The position numbers and the translations under genes were made by a program. A DNA stretch of 64,000 bases from an uncultured Candidatus Saccharibacteria bacterium (GTDB lineage Bacteria; Patescibacteriota; JAUYIX01; CAYNWW01): positions 105,003 to 169,002 of the forward strand of contig CAYNWW010000001.1 of assembly GCA_964401055.1 (NCBI GenBank), read 5' to 3'. Shown here one piece after another: positions 19,884 to 29,721 of the stretch. Each line of letters begins with the position of its first letter. The stretch's first letter is position 1. The notes beneath the pieces are model-generated. The model was given only the letters and a program-made list of their open reading frames with translations. It was not told the DNA's origin and did no database searches.

Positions 19884-20812
19884 AACTCATTGTCACTATT
19901 CCTGCATATAATGAAGAGCAAACCATCGCGGCGGTGATTCGTGAGATTCCTCGTGCGTTGCCGGGATTTGACGCGGTAGAAGTGCTGGTGCTCAACGACG
20001 GTTCGCGCGATGCGACAGCTGAAGTTGCCCGCACTGCTGGCGCCGATCACGTGATTTCTCATCGGGTCAACAAGGGTCTTGCGATGACATTTGCTGACGC
20101 GCTTCGCGAGGCGCTTGCGCGCGGGGCTGACGTCATCGTCAATACTGATGCGGACAATCACTATGATCAGTCGCGGATCGCTGAACTTGTCGCTCCCCTG
20201 CTCGCCGGCCGCGCGGATATCGTGGTGGGTTCGCGCATGGTGGCGCAGTTGCACGATATGCGTGCAGTCAACAAATACGGTAACATGCTCGGAAGTTGGT
20301 TTGTGCGGCGGTTGTTTGGGTTGGGCGATATCGATGTGTCGAGTGGATTTCGCGCATACACACGCGAGGCCGCCCTCAAGCTCAACGTGCTCTCGCGCCA
20401 CACCTACACGCACGAGACGTTGATTCAGGCAATGGATTTGGGGTTTGCGATTGTGGACGTGCCGATTCAGGCTCGTGCGGTCACGCGCAAATCGCGCTTG
20501 ATCAAAAATATTCCCTCGCACATCGTGAAATCGCTGGTGGTGATTTTGCGTTCATTTACGCTATACAAACCGTTGCGCGCGTTTTCGTTGTTGGGATGCG
20601 CGGTTGCGGCCCCGGGTCTGGTATTGCTTGCGCGTTTTGGATATTTTTATGTGGTTGATGGCGGCCAGGGTCATGTACAATCCCTCGTCGTCGCGGCGGT
20701 CTCACTTATCCTTGGATTTCAAATTTTTGTCCTCGGTCTGATCGCGTCCGCGATCGGATGGAATCGTAAGTTGATGGAAGAAGTGTTGTATCGACTTAAG
20801 AAAAATTCGTAA
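19880..20812 (+). CDS. GT2 DPM1-like glycosyltransferase with C-terminal TMs
   Basis: IPAYNEE, DGSRD, TDADNHY, DVSSGFRAY. Confidence 0.9.
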   Translation: MKLIVTIPAYNEEQTIAAVIREIPRALPGFDAVEVLVLNDGSRDATAEVARTAGADHVISHRVNKGLAMTFADALREALARGADVIVNTDADNHYDQSRIAELVAPLLAGRADIVVGSRMVAQLHDMRAVNKYGNMLGSWFVRRLFGLGDIDVSSGFRAYTREAALKLNVLSRHTYTHETLIQAMDLGFAIVDVPIQARAVTRKSRLIKNIPSHIVKSLVVILRSFTLYKPLRAFSLLGCAVAAPGLVLLARFGYFYVVDGGQGHVQSLVVAAVSLILGFQIFVLGLIASAIGWNRKLMEEVLYRLKKNS

Positions 20813-21479
20813 CTTGTACGAGAAAAAATCGTAGCGGCGATTCTTGTTTTTGTATTTCTTTGATTGACGTCATGTGAAATCGTGGCGCAAGTGTGGCCCG
20901 CAATTCACTTTCGTTGGTGTAGCGACTAAAATGTCCGTGACGCAGTCGCCAGTGTCGCTTGCCGCGCGGGGTGAATTTGGGAATATCGCCGGATGCGAGA
21001 CTAAAGCACTGAAGAAAAAATTCGCCACCCGGCCGCAATACGCGCGTCAGCTCGCGAAAATAACGAGGCCATTGCGATTTGCGCAAGTGATGAAAGCAGC
21101 CAGTGTCGATGGCAATGTCGACTGATTGAGCATCAAGCGGCAAATCCAACACGCTGGCTTCAACAAATTTCATTTCGTGTGGCGCCCAGCTGCGGGCAAT
21201 CGCGAGTGCTTTGCTGGAAAAATCAACGCCGATCGCATCAAATCCGGCACGCGCCCAGGGAATGATGTTGCGCCCGTTGCCGCAGCCGAGATCAAGAATG
21301 CGGATACTGCGTCGCGCTGTTGGATTAGGAATTTGCTCCAGACGCGTACGCAAAAATTCTGCTACGCTCGGCTCCATTGCCTGTGAGCTGTAATGTGTCT
21401 GATTTGCAGAAAATCCGCCCCGCAAGGATGTCCAAAATCCTTCATACCGAGCATGTTCGGTGGATTCGTACGTATTCAT
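20796..21479 (-). CDS. Class I SAM-dependent methyltransferase
   Basis: ILDLGCGNGRN, GCFHH, RVLRPGG; ATG 21479 overlaps the ugd stop. Confidence 0.88.
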   Translation of the reverse strand: MNTYESTEHARYEGFWTSLRGGFSANQTHYSSQAMEPSVAEFLRTRLEQIPNPTARRSIRILDLGCGNGRNIIPWARAGFDAIGVDFSSKALAIARSWAPHEMKFVEASVLDLPLDAQSVDIAIDTGCFHHLRKSQWPRYFRELTRVLRPGGEFFLQCFSLASGDIPKFTPRGKRHWRLRHGHFSRYTNESELRATLAPRFHMTSIKEIQKQESPLRFFLVQVTNFS

Positions 21480-22786
21480 CTGCCGATGCTCACCAATGTA
21501 AGTCCATGCTCGCGGAGAGTCTCGGGCGACAAGATATTTTTTCCGTCGAATACGAGCGGTTGCTTGAGCAGGGTGGCGACATGCGCCCAATCAAGGCTTA
21601 CAAATTCTTCCCACTCGGTGGCGATGACGAGCGCATCCACGCCGTGCACTGCATCCAGGGCGCTCTCTGCATACATGCACACATCACCGAGTACGCGTTG
21701 TGCGGTATCGCGCGCAACCGGATCATACACAGTCACCTGTGCGCCCGCAGCTACCAGCGCTCGCACAATATCAATCGCGGCTGATTCGCGCACGTCATCG
21801 GTGTCACGTTTGAACGCAAGCCCGAGCACGGCGATTTTTTTGCCAGCTAGTGATCCACCAAACCGCGCCAAAATTTTGTCGACAAACCTGCGGCGCTGCG
21901 CATTGTTGACTTCGATCACTGCGGTGAGCAATTTAAAATCATATCCGTTGTTGATGCCGATCGAATGCAATGCGCGCACGTCTTTGGGAAAGCAGCTGCC
22001 GCCGTACCCGATGCCCGCTTGCAAAAATGCCGATCCGATGCGGTGATCGAGGCCCATGCCGCGCGCAACCGCGGTCACATCGGCGCCGTTGCTTTCGCAG
22101 ACGTTGGCGATTTCGTTGATAAAAGAAATTTTTGTAGCGAGAAACGCGTTGCTTGCGTATTTGATCATCTCTGAGCTGGGAATGTTTGTGTGAATGCGCG
22201 GAGCGGCACTTGAGACCGGTGCGTAAATCTCATCAAGCACGTCAAAGCCACGCGTGTTTGAAGCGCCCATGACGATACGATCGGGCTCGAGAAAGTCTTT
22301 GACCGCATTTCCTTCACGCAAAAATTCAGGATTCGAAGCGATATCAAACTCGCCTGAAAAGACGCCGGCAATGCGTGTTTTAATTAATTCTGCAGTTCCC
22401 ACCGGCACTGTGCTTTTTGTGACAATCACCGGATGCTGGGTGGCGCCGTGGGTTGCAAGTGCGCGTCCGATTTCTTCAGCTGCTTGGAGCACATAGGTCA
22501 AATCCGCTCGCCCATCTTCGGCTTGCGGAGTTTGAACCGCAAGAAAAATAGCGTCTGCCGAAGCATATGTTTTACCGCCTTGCTCCACGAAATCAATCGC
22601 ACCACGCTCAAGCGCTCCGGAGAGAAGTTCGGCGAGGCCGGGTTCAAAAAATGGAACCTGACCGGCGCGGAGCACGCGCAACTTGTCGGCATTGATTTCA
22701 ACGCATGTCACTCGATGCCCAATATGCGCAAAGCAAACACCTGTTGTCAGACCTACATATCCTGTACCTACGATTACAATGCGCAT
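21476..22786 (-). CDS. ugd: UDP-glucose 6-dehydrogenase
   Basis: GTGYVG, KSTVPVG, NPEFLREG, GYGGSCFPKD. Confidence 0.95.
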   Translation of the reverse strand: MRIVIVGTGYVGLTTGVCFAHIGHRVTCVEINADKLRVLRAGQVPFFEPGLAELLSGALERGAIDFVEQGGKTYASADAIFLAVQTPQAEDGRADLTYVLQAAEEIGRALATHGATQHPVIVTKSTVPVGTAELIKTRIAGVFSGEFDIASNPEFLREGNAVKDFLEPDRIVMGASNTRGFDVLDEIYAPVSSAAPRIHTNIPSSEMIKYASNAFLATKISFINEIANVCESNGADVTAVARGMGLDHRIGSAFLQAGIGYGGSCFPKDVRALHSIGINNGYDFKLLTAVIEVNNAQRRRFVDKILARFGGSLAGKKIAVLGLAFKRDTDDVRESAAIDIVRALVAAGAQVTVYDPVARDTAQRVLGDVCMYAESALDAVHGVDALVIATEWEEFVSLDWAHVATLLKQPLVFDGKNILSPETLREHGLTLVSIGR

Positions 22787-22798
22787 GGCGCCTCCTCG

Positions 22799-24223
22799 TT
22801 AGTAGCTTTGAAGATCAGAAAAATTCCCGCCATCTCGGTGCGCATCGCGAACCGCATTTGTCACTGTGATCACCGGATAGTTTGCCATATTGAGATCGCT
22901 CAGTACGCCAACGTTGTCGATCAAGAAGCGCTTACTTTTGGAAATGACGTAGAGTTTTTTGTCTTGGTCGCGGATAAACGTCCCATCCGGAAATTGGACA
23001 GCGCCGCCTGCGGGATAGGTGTCAAGCTCAGCCTGGGAGATTGTAATGACCGGAACGCCAGGAAATCGCGCAGCCTTGATTGCGCCGCTCCAGATTGGTT
23101 GCTTTTTTCCGTTTTTAATCAGGTATATTCCTGCTTTGCCACTGACCTGAACAAGCGCGCCGTTTTGACGCACGAGGTTGTTTTCGTCAAACTTTGTTGT
23201 TTGTGGATGAATTTTGAGCTCAGTATCACCCACGTCGATGATTGGTGCACCTGTGTATCCGAGTTTCCTTAAGGCATTTTGTGAAGGAATTGGTTTTTTC
23301 ATGCCGTCCGTGATTACAAACACGCCGCCGGTTTTAGCACGAATCAGTGTGCCGTCCGGAAATTTGACCGGCCCGCCTACGGGATAGGTGTCGAGGTCAC
23401 TTTGGGCGATTTCGACAATCGGGGCATTGCGGTATGCTGCGTCAAATACTTTGCTTGACCAAAACTCCCAGCGCTTTCCATTTTTGAGGAGCGAAACGCT
23501 TTTTTGGCCTTTTACGCGAACCAAAATTCCATCCGGATAACGCGTGGAAAAATATTTGATCCACAATTTCCAGAAGAGAAAATTACCGCCTGCGCCAACT
23601 TCTTTTTCATTTGCACCCGGATTGTTTCCGGCAATCGGATTGTAGTTAAACAAATTGGCTGTTGCTTGGTTTTCGGGCTTTACTTTGACTTTGTAGACCG
23701 TGTCTTGCGTGACAGTTTCTTGGCCAACTTTATAGCTATAGCCGGTTGGTTTTTGAAAATATCGATTGAGCTGCCACGCCGCAATGTCGATCTGGCTTGC
23801 CGGTGAGTAAAGCGCGGTGTTGGAGGCATCATAACTGCCGGGCTTGTAGCCCATGAGCAAGTTGAGTTGATAGGAAGAAAGCGTTGAATCCTCGACCACG
23901 CCCTGCTCTTTCTGCATCATCGTGAGCAGAACCTTAGGGTTGATTTGGTAAGCCTGTGCCGAATCCGCGATTACTTGTGCAATGCTTTTAGTGGTATCAT
24001 CAATGGTTGCCTGCATACTCGCGAGGCCGCTTTTTTTTGTTGTTAAAAATGATTGGATGTCGGTGACCGAAAGCGAGGTTGCGTTGCGAAATACGGTGTC
24101 GCTGAGAATGTTGTTTGGGTTGTAAGAAAACGCATGCGCTGCATGTGAAGGTGTGAGCACAATCACGCTCGCAACGACAAATGATGCGACCGCGAGTGAA
24201 TTTTTTATATGAGATGTGTGCAT
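22799..24223 (-). CDS. Secreted protein: putative lysozyme-like N-domain plus four ~55-aa 'PDG.L' surface repeats
   Basis: Signal peptide; INPKVLLTMMQKEQG, NQATANLFNYNP; repeats YPDGILVR / FPDGTLIR / QNGALVQ / FPDGTFIR. Confidence 0.7.
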   Translation of the reverse strand: MHTSHIKNSLAVASFVVASVIVLTPSHAAHAFSYNPNNILSDTVFRNATSLSVTDIQSFLTTKKSGLASMQATIDDTTKSIAQVIADSAQAYQINPKVLLTMMQKEQGVVEDSTLSSYQLNLLMGYKPGSYDASNTALYSPASQIDIAAWQLNRYFQKPTGYSYKVGQETVTQDTVYKVKVKPENQATANLFNYNPIAGNNPGANEKEVGAGGNFLFWKLWIKYFSTRYPDGILVRVKGQKSVSLLKNGKRWEFWSSKVFDAAYRNAPIVEIAQSDLDTYPVGGPVKFPDGTLIRAKTGGVFVITDGMKKPIPSQNALRKLGYTGAPIIDVGDTELKIHPQTTKFDENNLVRQNGALVQVSGKAGIYLIKNGKKQPIWSGAIKAARFPGVPVITISQAELDTYPAGGAVQFPDGTFIRDQDKKLYVISKSKRFLIDNVGVLSDLNMANYPVITVTNAVRDAHRDGGNFSDLQSY

Positions 24224-24232
24224 GTATGCGTA

Positions 24233-25177
24233 TTAATTTTTTATGAATTCGGCAACTGATGCGACTGTGGCGGCGACGCCATCTCCGAGTTCGGTAGTGG
24301 CTCGCCAGCCAAATGTTTTCAGCGCTTTTGTCGGATCAAGAGAGCTGCGACGCACTTCACCCGGCCGCTCTTCGCTATAACGCGGCTCGATTGGTTTGTG
24401 CGCAGCCAGAGCGACAAGTGCAAACAGTGTGTTGATGTCGGTCTCGACTCCGGTGCTTACATTATACACCCCACGCGCGTCCTGTAACACTGCGTCGGCG
24501 TTGATGCGTGCGAGATCTTTGACAAACACAAAATCGCGCGTTTGCTTGCCGTCGCTTGTAATAAATGCCGGTTCGTCTTTGAGTAAGCGCGTAGAAAAAA
24601 TTGCCACCACTCCGGCTTCTCCTTCAGAATTTTGGCGCGGGCCATACACATTGCTGTAGCGCAAAATAGTCCACGGAAGATTGCGCACTGATCCGAAAAA
24701 TTGGACGTAGTGTTCACAGGTTTCTTTTGCGATCGCGTACGGCGAGATCGGTGAAGTTGCATGCGTTTCAGTATAGGGCATCGCTTCATCATCCGCTTTA
24801 TAAATCGCACCGCCCGTCGATGCGAATACAAATTTGTGTACGCCGGCGCGAGCGCAGGCCTCAAGGAGGCGCAGGGTGCCGATGGTGTTGTGCTGTGCGT
24901 CTTCGAGTGGATGCGCCACGGAAAAAGGCACGCTTGCTTGCGCCGCGAGATGCAATACATGCGTGATCTCGTGTTTTTTTATGAGCGCGTCCAAATCTGC
25001 GGTGCGCAAGTCATCCTGGATAAGCGTCGCCTGTGGATTGAGATTTGCGGTGCGTCCGGTCGAGAGATTGTCGAGCACGACGACGCGCTGGCCGCGCGCA
25101 ATCAATTCGTCTACACTGTGTGAACCGATAAATCCGGCGCCTCCGGTGACAAGAATAGTGTGTGGTGTATCAGCCAT
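24233..25177 (-). CDS. NAD-dependent epimerase (GalE-like SDR)
   Basis: VTGGAGFIGSH, YAIAK, RYSNVYGPRQ; start likely 25177. Confidence 0.92.
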   Translation of the reverse strand: MADTPHTILVTGGAGFIGSHSVDELIARGQRVVVLDNLSTGRTANLNPQATLIQDDLRTADLDALIKKHEITHVLHLAAQASVPFSVAHPLEDAQHNTIGTLRLLEACARAGVHKFVFASTGGAIYKADDEAMPYTETHATSPISPYAIAKETCEHYVQFFGSVRNLPWTILRYSNVYGPRQNSEGEAGVVAIFSTRLLKDEPAFITSDGKQTRDFVFVKDLARINADAVLQDARGVYNVSTGVETDINTLFALVALAAHKPIEPRYSEERPGEVRRSSLDPTKALKTFGWRATTELGDGVAATVASVAEFIKN

Positions 25178-25185
25178 AAGAAAAA

Positions 25186-27342
25186 TTAATGACGAGCAAT
25201 AGTAATCCGTGCACCCGTACGTTGGGTGGACGGATATGCATAAAATTGTAACCCAAGCGGTGTGCCTGCGCCACTGAAGCTGCGAATCTGCGGCGCGCAT
25301 CCGCGATCCGGTGCGGTCAAGATATCTGCCTTCCCATCGCCAGTTACATCTCCGGCCGCAACTCGTGCGCCACAGGTCAGTCCGGCCGCGTACGCACGAA
25401 ACGATGCAACCACGGTTTTGTCTGTGTTATAGCGATAGGCTTTCACCCACGCCTCTTCTCCAGTCAGCAACGATGCGATGATTTCGTCTTTGCCGTCGCC
25501 ATCCAAATCACCCGCGGCAACAGAAATTCCCGAGCGGCTTTTTGATGAAAATGCATAAAACGAGATAGGTTTGAGCGTCGCGCCTGTCGCGCTTCCCGAG
25601 ATCGCCGTGGTGCCGATATCATACACGCGAATTTGCGGTCCGCCACCTGGACCTGCGCCCACGATCAATTCATCTTTGCCGTCGCGATCAATATCGCCAA
25701 ACGCAAGTGATGCGCCGACTTCGGCTGAGCCAAATGCGTTGAAATATGCCAGAAGGGTATGCTGCGCATTGGAACGCATGACTTTGATCCAGGCTTGGCC
25801 GCCGCTCGCTTGAGCAACGCCAATCTCGTCTTTGCCATCGCCGTCCACATCGCCCGCCGCCACGCTGAGCCCGCCGCGAAATCGAGTGTCAAATGGATAA
25901 AATGAAATTTGGCGCGGTGTGCCGTCGCGTTCGAACAATCCCAAAAGAGGCGCATGGCCAGCGTCAGCACCTGCGATAATCTCATCTTCTCCGTCGGCAT
26001 CAATATCTCCGGCCGCAATGCTCGCTCCGTTGGTACTGATTTCGGTGAGTCGATCGGTGGCGCCGCGCAGCGAAAATGATTTGATTGCGCCAGATGCGCC
26101 TGAGCCTGGAGCGGTGATGATAGGATTTGGAGTGAGTGCAGCAGATGTGTTGGCAAGCCCGGCACCTATTCCGACAGAACTCGACGCGGTTGCACTGAGT
26201 CGTATTTTTGCAATGAGTTGTGCGGGAGTGAGCGCGGGATACGCGGATTTTAGTAGCCCCGCGATACCTGCAATCATAGGTGCCGACATGGAAGTGCCGG
26301 ACATGGTGGCAGTTGTTGATCCGTATCCGGCATTGAGCACACTTTCGCCGGGTGCTGCAATATCAACAGCAGAGTTTCCGTAATTTGAAAATGATGAGCG
26401 TCTCCCGTCTGTATTTACTGAGGCAACACCAAGTACCTTGTTGGCGCCAGCGGCATCGCCGTTGTTGGAAACCGGAGATCGCGGACTTGCGTCCAGATTT
26501 ACGCCTTCGTTTCCCGCTGCAGCAACCACGAGCGCGCCGGCTGCGTACGCGCGATCGATCGCAGCGCCAAGTGTGGTGCTGTAATTCCCTACCAAGCTCA
26601 GGTTGATGATATGTGCCTTGTGGGTAACAGCAAAGTCTATTGCGGCTGCAATAGTGGAAAGATCACCGTTGCCTTCGTCGTCGAGAGCGCGAATCGGCAT
26701 GATTTTACAATTCCAGCAGGTTCCTGCGCCAAAATTCCCGTTGTTCGTAACTGCAGCTGCAATGCCGGCGACATTGGTGCCATGATCTTTCTCGCCATCA
26801 ATAAGTCCGTCGTCATCATCATCTATGCCATTTGGTGCAGTGTCTGGGTCGCTGTCACCATCAATAAAATCATACCCAGTGACGAGTTTGTTTGTGAATT
26901 CGGGATGGTCCATATCAATTCCCCCGTCGATAATTGCGATAATTACCGATGAAGAGCCGACTGTTTTGTCCCAAGCTGCTGGTAGCTGAAGTGCCGGAAG
27001 ATAGGCTTGTGAAGCATAATTGGGATCGGTCGGTGTCGCGCTTGCATGAAAAAAATAGTTTGGTTCGGCTGAAACCACATCGGGATTTTGTTCATAGAGC
27101 TTGATCGCGTCCGGTACACTGAGCGATGCCGGTAATGTTACTCGATATGCAGTCGGGCCGATTTTGTGCGAAGGGAGAAGTGATTGTGCGTGTGCAAAAG
27201 GCACAGAAGCACGAACATTTTGCTTATATGTCACAATCAATTCTTGCTCACGATATGTTGGTGATTGAGCAAAAGCCGACCGGGGATCAGTGTAGATAGG
27301 TATAAGCAAAAAAAATAACGCAAAAAAGAGATTTTTTTTCAT
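25186..27342 (-). CDS. S8 subtilisin-like protease with C-terminal FG-GAP/VCBS repeats
   Basis: Triad IAIIDGG / HGTNVAG / GTSMSAP; repeats GD.DGDG.DEI. Confidence 0.92.
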   Translation of the reverse strand: MKKNLFFALFFLLIPIYTDPRSAFAQSPTYREQELIVTYKQNVRASVPFAHAQSLLPSHKIGPTAYRVTLPASLSVPDAIKLYEQNPDVVSAEPNYFFHASATPTDPNYASQAYLPALQLPAAWDKTVGSSSVIIAIIDGGIDMDHPEFTNKLVTGYDFIDGDSDPDTAPNGIDDDDDGLIDGEKDHGTNVAGIAAAVTNNGNFGAGTCWNCKIMPIRALDDEGNGDLSTIAAAIDFAVTHKAHIINLSLVGNYSTTLGAAIDRAYAAGALVVAAAGNEGVNLDASPRSPVSNNGDAAGANKVLGVASVNTDGRRSSFSNYGNSAVDIAAPGESVLNAGYGSTTATMSGTSMSAPMIAGIAGLLKSAYPALTPAQLIAKIRLSATASSSVGIGAGLANTSAALTPNPIITAPGSGASGAIKSFSLRGATDRLTEISTNGASIAAGDIDADGEDEIIAGADAGHAPLLGLFERDGTPRQISFYPFDTRFRGGLSVAAGDVDGDGKDEIGVAQASGGQAWIKVMRSNAQHTLLAYFNAFGSAEVGASLAFGDIDRDGKDELIVGAGPGGGPQIRVYDIGTTAISGSATGATLKPISFYAFSSKSRSGISVAAGDLDGDGKDEIIASLLTGEEAWVKAYRYNTDKTVVASFRAYAAGLTCGARVAAGDVTGDGKADILTAPDRGCAPQIRSFSGAGTPLGLQFYAYPSTQRTGARITIARH

Positions 27343-27356
27343 ATAGGTAGTGTACT

Positions 27357-29711
27357 CTATTTTTGTGCTGCGACAAAGATGCCGCCACGAAATTTCCCAT
27401 CAAGACTCATAAAGTTGGAGGCGCTTGCCTTGCCAGTTGCAGAAAAGACACGTACTTGTGGACCGCCGCCCGGTCCTGCGCCAACTATGAGTTCGGTTAT
27501 TCCGTTGTTGTCAATGTCTCCGATCGCGATAGTGGCACCTCCAGTAAATCCGGCCGGAAACGCGCGGAAATTTGCAAGCACTTTTTGCGCTGAATTGTAT
27601 TGATAGAGCTTGCACCACGCCTCCTGTCCGGCGCCTAGGCAAGCTCCGATTTCCGCGCGTCCGTCGCCGTCGGTGTCTCCGGCTGCGACCGCAACGCCTG
27701 ACCGAGCTGATGGATCAAATGCTATGATTTCAATCGGTCGCTTTTTCCCTGCGCCATCAAACACTCGGATCAAGGCTTTTCCACCCGGGCCTTGACCTAC
27801 GATCACGTCGGCAAGACCGTCTTTATTCATGTCGCCCATAGCCACAGATGCCCCATATTCGTCTGCGCCAAATGCATTCCATTCGGCGATTACCGTTTTT
27901 TTGTTATTGTAGCGATAGATTTTACACCATGCTTGACCAAGTGATGCTTGACAGGCGGTGATTTCATCTTTTCCGTCTCCATCGACGTCGCCAGTCGCCA
28001 CGTTGACACCGCCTCGAAAGCGCGTGTCAAAGGCAAAAAATTGAATTCCTCGCAAAGTTCCATCTTTTTCAAATACGCGAATTTGCGGTCCGCCTCCTGC
28101 GCCTGCGCCCACTATAATCTCATCTTCATCGTCACCGTCGATATCGCCAAGTGCGACATGCACTCCGCCATGAAATCCGCCGGTACCAAACGCAGCAAAG
28201 CTGGTCGATGTCGGACTGCCTTTTGGAGTGTATCCACGAACTTGAGTCGAATCCCCTGCGCCAGCACCCACAACAATTTTTGTGCCGTTGGCACTGATGA
28301 GGGCGCTCGATCCCTGCACGGCTTTTAGTGCGTTAATGCGGCCTGATCCAAGTTTTCCTGCATAGGCCGGATTCTTTCCAGCAACGCTATCTACAGATGA
28401 GAGCAGCTTGGTGCGAATTTGAGCCGCTGTCCATGTCGGGTGCTGGGATTTAACAAGTCCGGCAACACCTGCTACAATCGGCGCCGCCATTGAGGTGCCG
28501 CTGAAGTTGGCATAATAATCGGTGAAACCGTGACTTGGGTCATGAAACACGCCGGCGAGGATGGATTCTCCGGGCGCTGCGATGTCTACGCAGCCGGCGC
28601 CGTAGTTGGAAAAGCTTGCTTTGGTATCTGTGTCGTCGAGAGCAGCAACGCCGATCACGTTGTTACTGCCATCGCCGCCGTCATTGCATACTGGTGATTC
28701 GCGAACTTCATCCAAATTGCTTCCTTCGTTGCCGGCGGCTGCTATGACAATCACGTTGTGAGCGGCTGCGTTTTTGATGGCATCGTCGATTGTGTTTGAG
28801 TAGCTGCCGCCGAGACTGAGGTTGATAATAGACGCGCCATGTGCAACCGCCCAATCAATTCCGTTTGCAATGTCGAGATAGGTACCGTTGCCCTCGTCGT
28901 CCAGCGCTTTGATTGGCATGATGCGACAGCTCCAGCAGACACCCGCAATTCCTTGTTTATTGTTGCTTTCTGCAGCTGCGGTGGTAGCGACGTGTGTGCC
29001 GTGTTCTGTACCGCCATCAATGATGCCATCGCCATCGTCGTCGGTGCCGTTTGGTGTTGGACTGGTGGTGTCAGCGTTGTCGATTGCGTTATACCCTGCA
29101 ACCAGTTTGTTTTTGATATCCGGATGTTGCGCATCCACGCCGGTGTCCACTATAGCAATAATCACAGATGAACTGCCCGTGGTCGCATCCCATGCAGTGG
29201 CAGCTTTGATGTCTGCGCCTTGGGTGCCACCGGTCTGGCCGCTATTGCGCAGCGCCCATTGCTCGCCATACAGCGAGTCGTTGGGTGTCTTGGTCATGCG
29301 GACGAGGCCGTTGGGTTCGGCATAGGCAACTGCCGGATTGGCATTGTATTGGGCAAGTGCGGCGGCAACTTGCTGCTGATCGGCAACGGTAATTTTATAT
29401 AACCCTGTTCGCTGTTGACTCACGGATTGGACGGAAAAGTCCTTTCCTTGGTGAGTGAGTGCGGCACTTTGGACGCCGGCGCCGGTAAATTTGACCAGAA
29501 TATCGCGTGAGGCTGTTTCGTGTGCGCGAGCAACCGGACGCGGTCGTGAAGAAACTGCGTCAGAGTGTTGTTGGATAAGAGAAGAAGTGAGCCGGCGCTC
29601 TTGCTCGCGTGAATATCCAAAAACGCCAACGCCGATCATGACAACAACGATGACTCCGATAATAAGATGTTCTGCGTTTTGTTTGAAAAATTTACCGACT
29701 GATGAATGCAC
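27357..29711 (-). CDS. Membrane-anchored S8 protease with FG-GAP/VCBS repeats (paralogue)
   Basis: N-terminal TM; IAIVDTG / HGTHVA / GTSMAAP; GDIDGDDEDEIIVGAGAGGGPQIRVF repeats. Confidence 0.92.
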   Translation of the reverse strand: MHSSVGKFFKQNAEHLIIGVIVVVMIGVGVFGYSREQERRLTSSLIQQHSDAVSSRPRPVARAHETASRDILVKFTGAGVQSAALTHQGKDFSVQSVSQQRTGLYKITVADQQQVAAALAQYNANPAVAYAEPNGLVRMTKTPNDSLYGEQWALRNSGQTGGTQGADIKAATAWDATTGSSSVIIAIVDTGVDAQHPDIKNKLVAGYNAIDNADTTSPTPNGTDDDGDGIIDGGTEHGTHVATTAAAESNNKQGIAGVCWSCRIMPIKALDDEGNGTYLDIANGIDWAVAHGASIINLSLGGSYSNTIDDAIKNAAAHNVIVIAAAGNEGSNLDEVRESPVCNDGGDGSNNVIGVAALDDTDTKASFSNYGAGCVDIAAPGESILAGVFHDPSHGFTDYYANFSGTSMAAPIVAGVAGLVKSQHPTWTAAQIRTKLLSSVDSVAGKNPAYAGKLGSGRINALKAVQGSSALISANGTKIVVGAGAGDSTQVRGYTPKGSPTSTSFAAFGTGGFHGGVHVALGDIDGDDEDEIIVGAGAGGGPQIRVFEKDGTLRGIQFFAFDTRFRGGVNVATGDVDGDGKDEITACQASLGQAWCKIYRYNNKKTVIAEWNAFGADEYGASVAMGDMNKDGLADVIVGQGPGGKALIRVFDGAGKKRPIEIIAFDPSARSGVAVAAGDTDGDGRAEIGACLGAGQEAWCKLYQYNSAQKVLANFRAFPAGFTGGATIAIGDIDNNGITELIVGAGPGGGPQVRVFSATGKASASNFMSLDGKFRGGIFVAAQK

Positions 29712-29721
29712 GCGCGAGCTG

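Noticed and set aside
19469-20521. 350-aa antisense ORF (and similar ones at 22433-23272, 14287-14910, 38418-39035)
   Set aside because: Shadow frames of well-supported GC-rich genes, with no motifs
25186-29711. Recent duplication or DGR template/variable repeat pair
   Set aside because: The paralogues differ widely at all base types, and there is no reverse transcriptase
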